The notes below the pieces were generated by a model. The model did not search any database. It had not been told where the DNA came from and worked only from the letters and a program-made list of their open reading frames with translations. Below, piece by piece: positions 10,258-17,921 of a stretch of DNA of 35,362 bases. The stretch's first letter is position 1. Every line of letters starts with the position of its first letter. This stretch comes from Bacteroidetes bacterium UBA1952 (GTDB lineage: Bacteria > Bacteroidota > Bacteroidia > Chitinophagales > Chitinophagaceae): contig DDEO01000031.1 of the NCBI GenBank assembly GCA_002336725.1, positions 1 through 35,362 on the forward strand, written 5' to 3'. The translations under genes and the position numbers were made by a program.

Positions 10258-12655
10258 CGCCCTTGCCCTGACGCTGGGCGAACAAATCGTGCAGGCCTGC
10301 ACCGAAGCCCCCGACCCGGGTGATTACTACATCTCTTTCTTTGATAACAAGCTGCCGGTTTCCGGAAATTATGACCTTTTCCGGTATTCAGCCTATACCG
10401 GAATGCTCTATGAAAGCTGGTATGTAGAAGATAATAACACCGATACTGCCGACGGCAACCGCGCCGAGTGGGCCGTCTACACCGGCGTTCCGCCGGCCGA
10501 TGTGGACAGTTTTGTTTATAGTTACGAACGCCCGGTACTGGCCGCTTTGTATGCCAATATCGAAAAAGGCACCCCTTCGGAACTGCTCGCGCCTTATGAA
10601 GGCAACCGTATGGTGCAATGGTTTCGGCGCTCCAAAGACCTCGAAGCCCTGGGCTATCTGATGTATGCCAAGCAGATTCAGCCCTACGCCAACCGCACGC
10701 CTGCTGACCCGTGGAGTCCCGCACCGCCGCCCGACAAGTCCATGATTGAAAAGCTGCGCAAAAACGGAATGCAACTGTATGCCGCTGCGCACAAGCCATT
10801 CATCCGCGACCGGTATGCCTATCAGGTGGAGCGGCTGGCCTTTGCGGGTGCAAATTATGAAGATGCCCTGCGCATTTATAAAGAAATAGCGCCCAAAACC
10901 AATTCCAATATCTCTGGACGGGCATTGGGGATTGAAGCCGGCGCATTGTATCGCCTGAAGCGAATGCCCGAAGCCGCCTACCGCTACAGCCTGCTCTTCG
11001 ATCGCGGCGAGGAATGGCGGCGCAGCGCCTTTATTTCCTATAGCTGGACGGGTGCTGACACCAATACGGCTCCCGTTCTGGCGCTTTGCAAAAATGCCCA
11101 CGAGCGGGCCGTCGTGCAGGTGCTGAGCGGATTGTATGCCTACGAACCGGCGCTGGATAAAATAAAAGCCGCCCTGCGCGAAGACCCCGCCGTAAACGGA
11201 CTCGACGCACTGGTAACCCGCGAAATCAACAAGATAGAAGAACGCTTTATTACCGATGTGCTGCTGGCCAACCGCGAGCAACTGTACAGCACAACCGTTA
11301 CGCCCTGGCCCGTAACAAGCTACTGGCCGGCAGTGAATGAATATAACGACAGCACCGGCGCTTTAAAAAAGGCACGGCTGGAAGAATACCGGAAAACGAC
11401 GCTGCAACTGGCGGACCTTATCAACGAAGCGGCTGCCAAAAATCCCAAAAGTGGTTTCTGGTCCATTGCCGCCGCCTATCTTTCGCTCGTTACCGGCAAC
11501 CAGACAGACCTTGAAAAGCAGCTTCAAAAAGCAGAAGGTATGTCGAAAACAGCACGTGAAAAAGACCAGATCAGCGTCATTAAACTGCTGAGCGTGAGCC
11601 GCGACAACGGGAAGATTACGCCGGAAACCGAAAAAGCCATGCTGCCCCACATTCAGTGGCTGGAAAGTCGCCGGAAAACCTCGCCCCGGCTGGACAAAAC
11701 CTACCGCGATTTCAATAATGGTTACCTGACCTCTGTTTATCTGCGGCAGGGCGATACCGCCAAAGCCATTTTTGCCCTCGCGCATTCGCAGCAAGTCTAT
11801 CAGGATACCAGTTTCGTCTATGGCGTGCAGGATGATTTTATGGATGCATCGGGCCTTATCCTGCAATCGCTGCGCCCGGAGCAGTTTGAAAAAGTAAAAA
11901 CATTTGCTACCCAACAGGGCGGCACTGCCTACGATAGGTGGCTGCGCGGCGATGGCAATATCTATCCGCTGGCGATGCTGCTGGAGCTGGAAGGAACCTA
12001 TCGCCTGCGCGAACACCGCTTCGCCGATGCGGCGGCCATTTTCCGGAAATCCAACGCCAAAGCACTCGCGGTGCATCCAATGCCCAATCCTTTCCGCGTA
12101 ACGGTGCGGGATTATATCGAGTGGGACGCGCAGGATTCAGCAACGCAAATCAACAAATTGCAGTTTGCCGAGAAAATGGCCGCGCTGCAACCGAAAACCG
12201 ATGCCGAAAGTCGCCTGCAATATGGCCTGGGATTATATGGCATGAGCTATTATGGCAAGGCCCACCGCGCCTCCGATTATTACCGCAGCGGCGTGGACGA
12301 CTATGCCTATTACGACGATACCAGCCGCCGTCGCCTTTCGGCAACCCAACAGCAGTATTACAACCCCACCGAGGCCGAAAAAGCCTTTGTGGATGCAGCC
12401 CGCAGCGCCACCGCGCCGGAGACGAAAGCCATCGCCCTGTTTATGGCTGCCAAATGCTGGCAAAAGCGCGCACCCGTGCCGACGAGCGGACGGCCCTATT
12501 CCTGGAGCGGCCCCGGCGAGAATGATCCCTACTACCATAACAGCCTGAAAAATCCGTATTTCCGGCAAATGAAAGCCGAAGTGGGCGAAACGCAGTTTTA
12601 TCGGCAAGCATTGCGCTCCTGCGATTACCTGAGCGATTATGCCCGGAGGCGGTAA
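10214..12655 (+). CDS. Large (813 aa) putative lipoprotein / helical-repeat protein of unknown function
   Basis: Long ORF overlapping the upstream gene by 44 nt. The N-terminus KKYSAIAISALALTLGEQIVQAC looks like a signal/lipobox. The body is rich in Y/A/L helical-repeat-like sequence. No family was recognised by eye. Confidence 0.7.
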   Translation: MIPANWKKYSAIAISALALTLGEQIVQACTEAPDPGDYYISFFDNKLPVSGNYDLFRYSAYTGMLYESWYVEDNNTDTADGNRAEWAVYTGVPPADVDSFVYSYERPVLAALYANIEKGTPSELLAPYEGNRMVQWFRRSKDLEALGYLMYAKQIQPYANRTPADPWSPAPPPDKSMIEKLRKNGMQLYAAAHKPFIRDRYAYQVERLAFAGANYEDALRIYKEIAPKTNSNISGRALGIEAGALYRLKRMPEAAYRYSLLFDRGEEWRRSAFISYSWTGADTNTAPVLALCKNAHERAVVQVLSGLYAYEPALDKIKAALREDPAVNGLDALVTREINKIEERFITDVLLANREQLYSTTVTPWPVTSYWPAVNEYNDSTGALKKARLEEYRKTTLQLADLINEAAAKNPKSGFWSIAAAYLSLVTGNQTDLEKQLQKAEGMSKTAREKDQISVIKLLSVSRDNGKITPETEKAMLPHIQWLESRRKTSPRLDKTYRDFNNGYLTSVYLRQGDTAKAIFALAHSQQVYQDTSFVYGVQDDFMDASGLILQSLRPEQFEKVKTFATQQGGTAYDRWLRGDGNIYPLAMLLELEGTYRLREHRFADAAAIFRKSNAKALAVHPMPNPFRVTVRDYIEWDAQDSATQINKLQFAEKMAALQPKTDAESRLQYGLGLYGMSYYGKAHRASDYYRSGVDDYAYYDDTSRRRLSATQQQYYNPTEAEKAFVDAARSATAPETKAIALFMAAKCWQKRAPVPTSGRPYSWSGPGENDPYYHNSLKNPYFRQMKAEVGETQFYRQALRSCDYLSDYARRR

Positions 12656-12846
12656 GGCCCAAAGGAAATTCATGAAGGTTGAAACCCCATTTGTATTTTT
12701 TGGGGGAGCGCGGTTGAAGTAGCGGTGTCCCGCAGCTAAAGGGGGGTGCATCCCTGGGCGAAAATTTGAAATATGCCCCAGGCAAGGTCTTCTTTCCCCG
12801 TCCGCCTTTTCTTTGGGTTACCTTTCCGCTTAAAACGCATTAACAC

Positions 12847-13455
12847 GTGAGCATGTCTTTTACCGGACCAGACGATGCCGCCGAATGGCTGAAGGCCATT
12901 GCTGCCGGCGACCGTCGCACGACCGAACAGCTCTACCGGCAGGCTTACCCGATGGTGGCCCACTGGATAGGCACTCACGGCGGCGACGACGACGACAGCG
13001 CCGACATCTTTCAGGAAGCGATGGTGGTGCTCTTTGGCAAGGCGCAGGAGGCCGGTTTCCGGCTTACGTGTGCCCCGACGACCTACCTCTACTCGGTGGC
13101 CCGTAACCTGTGGCTCCGTCGCCTGCAACAACAAAGCCGTTTCTCGGCTTTCGAGGATATCTCTTCGGAAGAAACTGCCGAAGGCGGCAGCTGGGCATAC
13201 GAGCCGGACGTGCGCGAGCATGAAGTGCGCGAACGTCAGTTTGACCGCCTGGAGGCCGCGCTCCAGCAAATAGGAGAACCCTGCGCCTCTTTGCTGCGTG
13301 CCTTCTATCACGAAGGCAAAAGTATGCAGGACATCAGCGCCGCATCGGGATACAGCAATGCCGACACGGCCAAAACACAGAAGTATAAATGCCTTACCCG
13401 GCTGAAGAAACTGTTTTTTCAGTCAGAAGAGGCGGCAACCCAAAAAGGATTTTAG
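12847..13455 (+). CDS. ECF-type RNA polymerase sigma-70 family factor
   Basis: Region 2-like DIFQEAMVVLF...TYLYSVARNLWLRRL and region 4-like LLRAFYHEGKSMQDISAASGYSNADTAKTQKYKCLTRLKKL. The start is either GTG 12847 or ATG 12853. Confidence 0.85.
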   Translation: MSMSFTGPDDAAEWLKAIAAGDRRTTEQLYRQAYPMVAHWIGTHGGDDDDSADIFQEAMVVLFGKAQEAGFRLTCAPTTYLYSVARNLWLRRLQQQSRFSAFEDISSEETAEGGSWAYEPDVREHEVRERQFDRLEAALQQIGEPCASLLRAFYHEGKSMQDISAASGYSNADTAKTQKYKCLTRLKKLFFQSEEAATQKGF

Positions 13456-13468
13456 CAGATAAAGCATC

Positions 13469-14569
13469 ATGGAAACACAAGCGCACCTCTGGGAAACAGC
13501 AGAAAAATATATAGCCGGAAAATTAAGCGAAGGCGAGCAGGCAGCACTGGGGCTTCAGCGGAAAGAAGACCCCGCTTTTGCGTTGGAGTTTGACCGCGCC
13601 ACCGACGTGCTGCGTACCCTACAGGCCAAAAGCCGCACAGAAGCTTTCCGGAAAAATCTGTCGGAAATCCATCTGTCTGTTCCGCCAATGGCTCAGCCGG
13701 CAACGCCGCGCCGCCGTACCCTTCCGTTCCGCGTCAATTGGCGCACGGTGGGTGTCGCTGCATCGGTGGCAGGCGTTATCTCGCTTGTTGGGGTGCTGAG
13801 CAATCAAACTACGCACAACGACGCCGCCCGCTATCGTCAGCTGAGCCGCGAAATAGAAGCCGTAAAGCGTTCCCAGAACAGCCTGGTGCAAACCCAGAAC
13901 CAGCTGATTTCGGAAGTCAAATCCGTTAAACACGCCGTGCCCGCTGCACCAGTGGACGCTACCGGAACGGCCTTTGCACTCAACAACAACGGCTATCTTA
14001 TCACCGCCTACCACGTGGCCAAAGATGCCGATTCGCTTTATATCCAGACACGCAAGGGCGAAAATTACAAAGCCTCGCTGCTGGCCTTCAACCCGCAGGC
14101 CGACGTGGCGGTGCTGAAAATAGAAGATAAAAGCTTTCGCTTTTCCGGTGGCACTATCCCCTACACTTTTGCGCCCCGCAAATCCGGCCTCGGCGCACGC
14201 ATCTACACCCTCGGCTTCCCGCAGGAGGAAGTGGTGTATAGCGAAGGCTACGTGAGCGCCGCCAACGGCTATCGGGGCGACTCGGCGCAATACCGGCTGG
14301 AACTGCCCGCCGACCCCGGCGCGAGCGGCGCACCCATCCTCGACGGCAGCGGCAACGTAATTGGCATTGTGGCGGGACGCAACAACGAAATGGGCGGCAC
14401 TACTTACGCCGTTGCTTCTCCGGAACTGCTGCGCCTGCTGCGCTCGATGCCTAAAGACACGCGCCCGGCACTCGGCACGGCCAACCAACTGAAAGGGCTG
14501 AGTCGCGAGCAGCAACTGGATAAATTGCAGGATTACACCTGTATCGTACGGGTCTATAAGAAGAATTAA
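13469..14569 (+). CDS. Membrane-anchored anti-sigma-like protein fused to a trypsin-like (S1) serine protease domain
   Basis: Lies 13 nt after the sigma gene. The N-terminus WETAEKYIAGKLSEGEQAAL...DPAFALEF is typical of Bacteroidota anti-sigma N-termini. One TM segment, WRTVGVAASVAGVISLVGVL. A coiled-coil stretch. A protease core with His (ITAYHVAKD), Asp (ADVAVLKIED) and Ser (DPGASGAPIL). Confidence 0.8.
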   Translation: METQAHLWETAEKYIAGKLSEGEQAALGLQRKEDPAFALEFDRATDVLRTLQAKSRTEAFRKNLSEIHLSVPPMAQPATPRRRTLPFRVNWRTVGVAASVAGVISLVGVLSNQTTHNDAARYRQLSREIEAVKRSQNSLVQTQNQLISEVKSVKHAVPAAPVDATGTAFALNNNGYLITAYHVAKDADSLYIQTRKGENYKASLLAFNPQADVAVLKIEDKSFRFSGGTIPYTFAPRKSGLGARIYTLGFPQEEVVYSEGYVSAANGYRGDSAQYRLELPADPGASGAPILDGSGNVIGIVAGRNNEMGGTTYAVASPELLRLLRSMPKDTRPALGTANQLKGLSREQQLDKLQDYTCIVRVYKKN

Positions 14570-14589
14570 ATCAGGGAAATTTCCGGAAA

Positions 14590-14620
14590 AAAGCCGCGCT
14601 GAAAAGGGCGGCTTTTTTTG
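14590..14620 (+). terminator. Rho-independent terminator after the sigma/protease pair
   Basis: Stem agccgc / gcggct (14592..14597 and 14608..14613) followed by a T-run (tttttttg). Confidence 0.7.
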
Positions 14621-14858
14621 TTTTGCTGACGGAGGGCTGCAATACAAATCGGGACTCCTGAACCTCACCTTTGCGCCTCAATCGGCTCACAGCCCGTCCA
14701 TGCCTTCGCTGCGTCTTTACTCCTCTGCGTTCCCTGCGGGAGAAATGCCCCTGGCGATGGCAGAAAGTTCAGCCGCCCGAGCGATAGAGCTGGAACGCTT
14801 TTTGAGCTTCGCCCAGCAAAGGCAATGGGCGCTGAAACTCCCCAAACGGCTTGTTGCT

Positions 14859-14866
14859 TAAATTTG
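14859..14866 (+). promoter_or_regulatory. Candidate Bacteroidota -7 promoter box (TAAATTTG)
   Basis: Exact match to the TAnnTTTG consensus, 32 nt upstream of the GTG start at 14898. No well-spaced -33 TTTG was seen. Confidence 0.4.
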
Positions 14867-14897
14867 CCGCTCCCACACCATCCCTGCTTTCTGTATC

Positions 14898-15527
14898 GTG
14901 CATTTCGACAAAATTAAAAACAAAGGCCAGGCGCAACTCTTCGACCGCCCCTGGATGGAAGCCCTCACCAAAACCCACCCGGCAGTCATTTTCAGCATCT
15001 ATCTTCCCGTCATCAGTGCGATGTTGTATTACGGCCATGCCTATTTGGGTATTCCGGTGCTGACAGAGCTGGGCTGGTTTGCCGGCGGTGCGCTGTTCTG
15101 GAGCTTTTTTGAATACCTGATGCACCGCTACCTCTTCCACATGATAGTGGAAAGCAAGCGGGCCGAACGCTTTGTCTATACCATGCACGGCGTTCACCAC
15201 GAATATCCGCGCGACACCGAGCGTCTTTTTATGCCGCCCGTGCCGAGCCTGGTTATCGCTACGGTGCTTTTCTTTTTGTTTCGCCTGATTCTGGGCAACG
15301 CGGCCTTTGCTTTTTTTCCGGGATTTATGGCTGGTTATCTCGCCTACGGCTCTATGCACTATGCCATCCACGCGTTTGCACCGCCTAAATACCTGAAGGC
15401 CCTCTGGCGCAATCATCACCTGCATCATTACAAAGAGCCGGAAAAAGGCTTTGGCGTTTCTTCCGTTATCTGGGATCATGTCTTTGGCACCATGACGAAG
15501 AAGGAAGCGGTGAGAAAAACCGCGTAA
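14898..15527 (+). CDS. Fatty acid hydroxylase / sterol desaturase family membrane protein
   Basis: Histidine boxes HRYLFH, HGVHHEYP, HYAIH and HHLHHY. The N-terminus KNKGQAQLF...LTKTHP is typical of this family in Bacteroidota. GTG start. Confidence 0.8.
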   Translation: MHFDKIKNKGQAQLFDRPWMEALTKTHPAVIFSIYLPVISAMLYYGHAYLGIPVLTELGWFAGGALFWSFFEYLMHRYLFHMIVESKRAERFVYTMHGVHHEYPRDTERLFMPPVPSLVIATVLFFLFRLILGNAAFAFFPGFMAGYLAYGSMHYAIHAFAPPKYLKALWRNHHLHHYKEPEKGFGVSSVIWDHVFGTMTKKEAVRKTA

Positions 15528-15660
15528 AAGGAGGCGGAAGGAATCCCCCAAAGCACCCTCTTACGGGCCTATTCCCTTTCGGACAATAAAACCAGATGAA
15601 AATTATGGGGTTAAATGGGAAGGATTATGTATAATTAACAATATACATTAATCTGCAACT

Positions 15661-15668
15661 TATGTTTG
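15661..15668 (+). promoter_or_regulatory. Candidate -7 box (TATGTTTG) in an AT-rich, ORF-free stretch
   Basis: Exact TAnnTTTG match about 55 nt upstream of the strong terminator hairpin at 15722..15750. No ORF of meaningful length lies between them. Confidence 0.3.
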
Positions 15669-15721
15669 GCGTATAGTATAACCCTATCAACGGTGAAAGT
15701 ATTGCCACAAAAGGCGTAAAA

Positions 15722-15750
15722 AAATCCCGGCGCTTTCCGGGATTTTTTTT
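15722..15750. terminator. Bidirectional rho-independent terminator
   Basis: aaaaaaatcccgg-cgcttt-ccgggatttttttt: a 7-bp GC stem with an A-run upstream and a T-run downstream. Confidence 0.8.
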
Positions 15751-15906
15751 AAGCTGGGCTTTCCAAAAAATATAGCGGGCGCTTTCGGCCTCAATAAGAG
15801 CGTCGGAATAACTTCCTCACTTAGCCTTTCTCGAAAATGGTGAAATAAGGCTGCCTTTTACAGCCGCCATGTAGGCAAAATCACCGTATTTTCTATCGTT
15901 ATATCG

Positions 15907-15942
15907 TCACCCCTCTCCTTCGGAGAGGGGCCGGGGGTGAGG
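15907..15942. repeat. REP-like nested hairpin element
   Basis: tcacccctctccttcggagaggggccgggggtgagg. The inner stem is ccctctcc/ggagaggg with a ttcg loop. The outer pairing is tcaccc/gggtga. It lies 35 nt beyond the stop of the 15978..16427 gene. Confidence 0.6.
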
Positions 15943-15977
15943 CTCAAGAAATGCGGAAGTTATTTCAGCACCGTTCC

Positions 15978-16427
15978 TCAATAAATATCCTCCACCTCAT
16001 ACTCGGTGTTGCCGAGCCGGAAGGCATCGCCTTTTTGCAGCGGCTCCATAACAGCGAAGGCCGGGGCCGCCAGCGAAACGCCAACAATTTCTTTCTTTCC
16101 GAAAGGAATGCCGCGCTGCGAAGAGCCAATAAAGAAAATCCGATCCCGGGTTTCTACAAAAGCGCCCGGCTGCACACCCGCGATGACCGCATCCTCATAG
16201 GCGCGTACGTTGGCCAGTTCGGCCTGGGCGCTCTCCAAAGCTACCTGCATATTATTGCGGATATCGGCTTGCTCTTCCTGCTGGCTCATGGCCGAAGCCG
16301 TATAGGTCTGCACCTGATCGGAAGTAACGGTTCCCTGAATCTGATTAATAGATTGCAGATGGCTTTCTACGGTTTCTTGGAGCGCCGATAGCAGTGCGTC
16401 AAAAGATTGTTGGCGTTTTTCAGACAT
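15978..16427 (-). CDS. Small coiled-coil protein with a GreA/GreB C-terminal-like domain
   Basis: 149-aa ORF. The N-terminal half is helical and Q/E-rich. The C-terminal segment GAFVETRDRIFFIGSS...IVGVSLAAPAFAVMEPLQKGDAFRLGNTEYEVEDIY resembles the Gre-factor C-terminal fold pattern (IS..SP....L.GK..GD). The family assignment is tentative. Confidence 0.55.
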   Translation of the reverse strand: MSEKRQQSFDALLSALQETVESHLQSINQIQGTVTSDQVQTYTASAMSQQEEQADIRNNMQVALESAQAELANVRAYEDAVIAGVQPGAFVETRDRIFFIGSSQRGIPFGKKEIVGVSLAAPAFAVMEPLQKGDAFRLGNTEYEVEDIY

Positions 16428-16557
16428 AGAGCGTCAGTTGATTTTTGAAGATAAAGACTGCCGGCGCAGCGGCGGCACACGCCGCGAAGCACACGGCGAT
16501 AGAAGAGATTACAGAAAGGAAACCGACAGGTGGCGGCAGGGTATCATCGGTAGGGTT

Positions 16558-16585
16558 TTCCGGAAAATCCCGGAAATTTCCGGAA
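16558..16585. repeat. Three helically phased (10-bp spacing) TTCCGGAA-type sites
   Basis: ttccggaaaa-tcccggaaat-ttccggaaaa: exact octamers at 16558 and 16578, and a one-mismatch copy at 16568. They sit between the porQ-like stop and the Gre-like gene start. Confidence 0.85.
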
Positions 16586-16593
16586 AATTAAGC

Positions 16594-17715
16594 TTAGTTA
16601 TTCCAGTCGGGATAGACCTTGTTCCAGCGCAGGCGTTCCGTAGCGCCGCCGATGCCCACTGTTTTGTTTAGGTTGATATTCAGGCCAAATTCGTTGGTAG
16701 CCCCGGCCAGGTGATAAATGCCCCGCGAATAACTCACCTGAAAACGATTGAGATTTACGGAGCCGCCAAAAGAGAAACCGGCCAGTCCGGCTTTTTCAGT
16801 CAGGGCCAGCTCGCCGCGCCGCAGGTGGTTGTAGGCGGCGGTCAGGGTGATGTATTTGCCGATAAGTATGTCTGCCCCAACAATGAGGTGGCGGCCCAGC
16901 TTGTCGAAGAAGTAGTTTTTTCCGGCATTGCTGCTGTCGGGCGTGCCGCTCAGGGTGCTGCGTACGATATCGGCGGGGTTGTCGTAGCGCACATCCCACT
17001 GGTAGAGGTGGTGGGCCGTAACGTGGAACCGCAGCGGTGCGCGGGCGAGGCGTTTGGAAAACCCGATTTGCAGGTCGAAGGGCAGGGGTTCGGCCTTATT
17101 TCCGGCGTTGTATTTGTGGGTCATAAAGCCAATATTTTTGGCCACGGCCCCAATGGTAATTCGGCTTTCGGTATCGGCGTAAACAATGCCCACATCGGCG
17201 AGCAGCGCACCGGCAGAAATATCGGCCAGGCGGCTGCCGGCATATTTGAGGGCCACGCCGCCGCGCCACCGCTCTTTGTACTGCTTGCTCGCGCCGAGGC
17301 TCACGGCAAAATCCGTCCCCCGAAACGTACCGATGGTATTGCCATAAGGGTCGGTTTCGTCAAAAGAGCCGTAGTTGAGATATTGGATATTGCCGAAGAA
17401 AGTGGTGTTCCACTTTTCGGAATGATAGCCGTGCTGGAGGTTCAGGATGTTGATACCGGCGTGGTAGCTGTTGTATTGCACCGCCAGTTGATTGTGCAGT
17501 CCGGGCCGCATCAACGCCGGGTTTTGCGCCACGGCAGCGATATTGGAGGCCGGGTCGCTGACGTTGATGCCGCCGAGCGCCGAGGTGCGCGCACTTTGCG
17601 AGAGCCGCAGGTATTCGAAGGCGCGTTGCCCGCCCACAACCTGCGCTTTCGCAGCGAAGCATCCTGCCGTAAGCAGCAAAGCGGAAAGCAGCAGTGGCCG
17701 CAAAATCATTTTCAT
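16594..17715 (-). CDS. porQ: PorV/PorQ-family T9SS outer-membrane beta-barrel protein (PorQ-like)
   Basis: The start was chosen at MKMILRPLLLSALLLTAGCFAAKAQ (ATG 17715). The longer track ORF begins inside a repeat array. It has the FEYLRLSQSARTSALGG motif and alternating beta-strand character, and is ~373 aa as for PorQ. Confidence 0.7.
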   Translation of the reverse strand: MKMILRPLLLSALLLTAGCFAAKAQVVGGQRAFEYLRLSQSARTSALGGINVSDPASNIAAVAQNPALMRPGLHNQLAVQYNSYHAGINILNLQHGYHSEKWNTTFFGNIQYLNYGSFDETDPYGNTIGTFRGTDFAVSLGASKQYKERWRGGVALKYAGSRLADISAGALLADVGIVYADTESRITIGAVAKNIGFMTHKYNAGNKAEPLPFDLQIGFSKRLARAPLRFHVTAHHLYQWDVRYDNPADIVRSTLSGTPDSSNAGKNYFFDKLGRHLIVGADILIGKYITLTAAYNHLRRGELALTEKAGLAGFSFGGSVNLNRFQVSYSRGIYHLAGATNEFGLNINLNKTVGIGGATERLRWNKVYPDWNN

Positions 17716-17786
17716 ACCCAATAATCTGTTTCTCAAAACGCCAACCGCTGTGCTGTTATTGCCCTGAGGCCCCGGCCTCCTCAAGA

Positions 17787-17921
17787 GGGGGCAGACACAT
17801 AGGATGATGGGCAGGCACATAGGGTGGGCGGTCACATAGGATGATGGGCGGACACATAGGGTGGGCGGGCGAATAGGATGATGGGCGGGCACATAGGGCG
17901 GGCAGACACATAGGTCTGCCC
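17787..17921 (-). repeat. Tandem degenerate 17-20-nt repeats plus a terminal hairpin abutting the fabI stop codon
   Basis: Alternating cacataggatgatgggcRgR and cacatagggtgggcggK units. The hairpin gggcagac-acatag-gtctgccc (17900..17921) ends one base before the stop codon at 17922..17924. Confidence 0.85.

Noticed and set aside
13619-15551. Minus-strand ORFs 13619..14668 (349 aa) and 14769..15551 (260 aa)
   Set aside because: They are antisense to the protease and hydroxylase genes, which carry clear catalytic-triad and histidine-box motifs.
16711-17724. 337-aa + strand ORF
   Set aside because: It is antisense to the PorQ-like beta-barrel gene. Its composition is Gly/Ala/Val-rich, typical of a shadow ORF.
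17716-17892. N-terminal extension of the porQ-like ORF (track start 17892)
   Set aside because: The extension translates the tandem repeat array (PIRPPTLCVRPSSYVTAHPMCLPIILCVCP). It precedes a normal signal peptide that begins at the internal MKMILRP.
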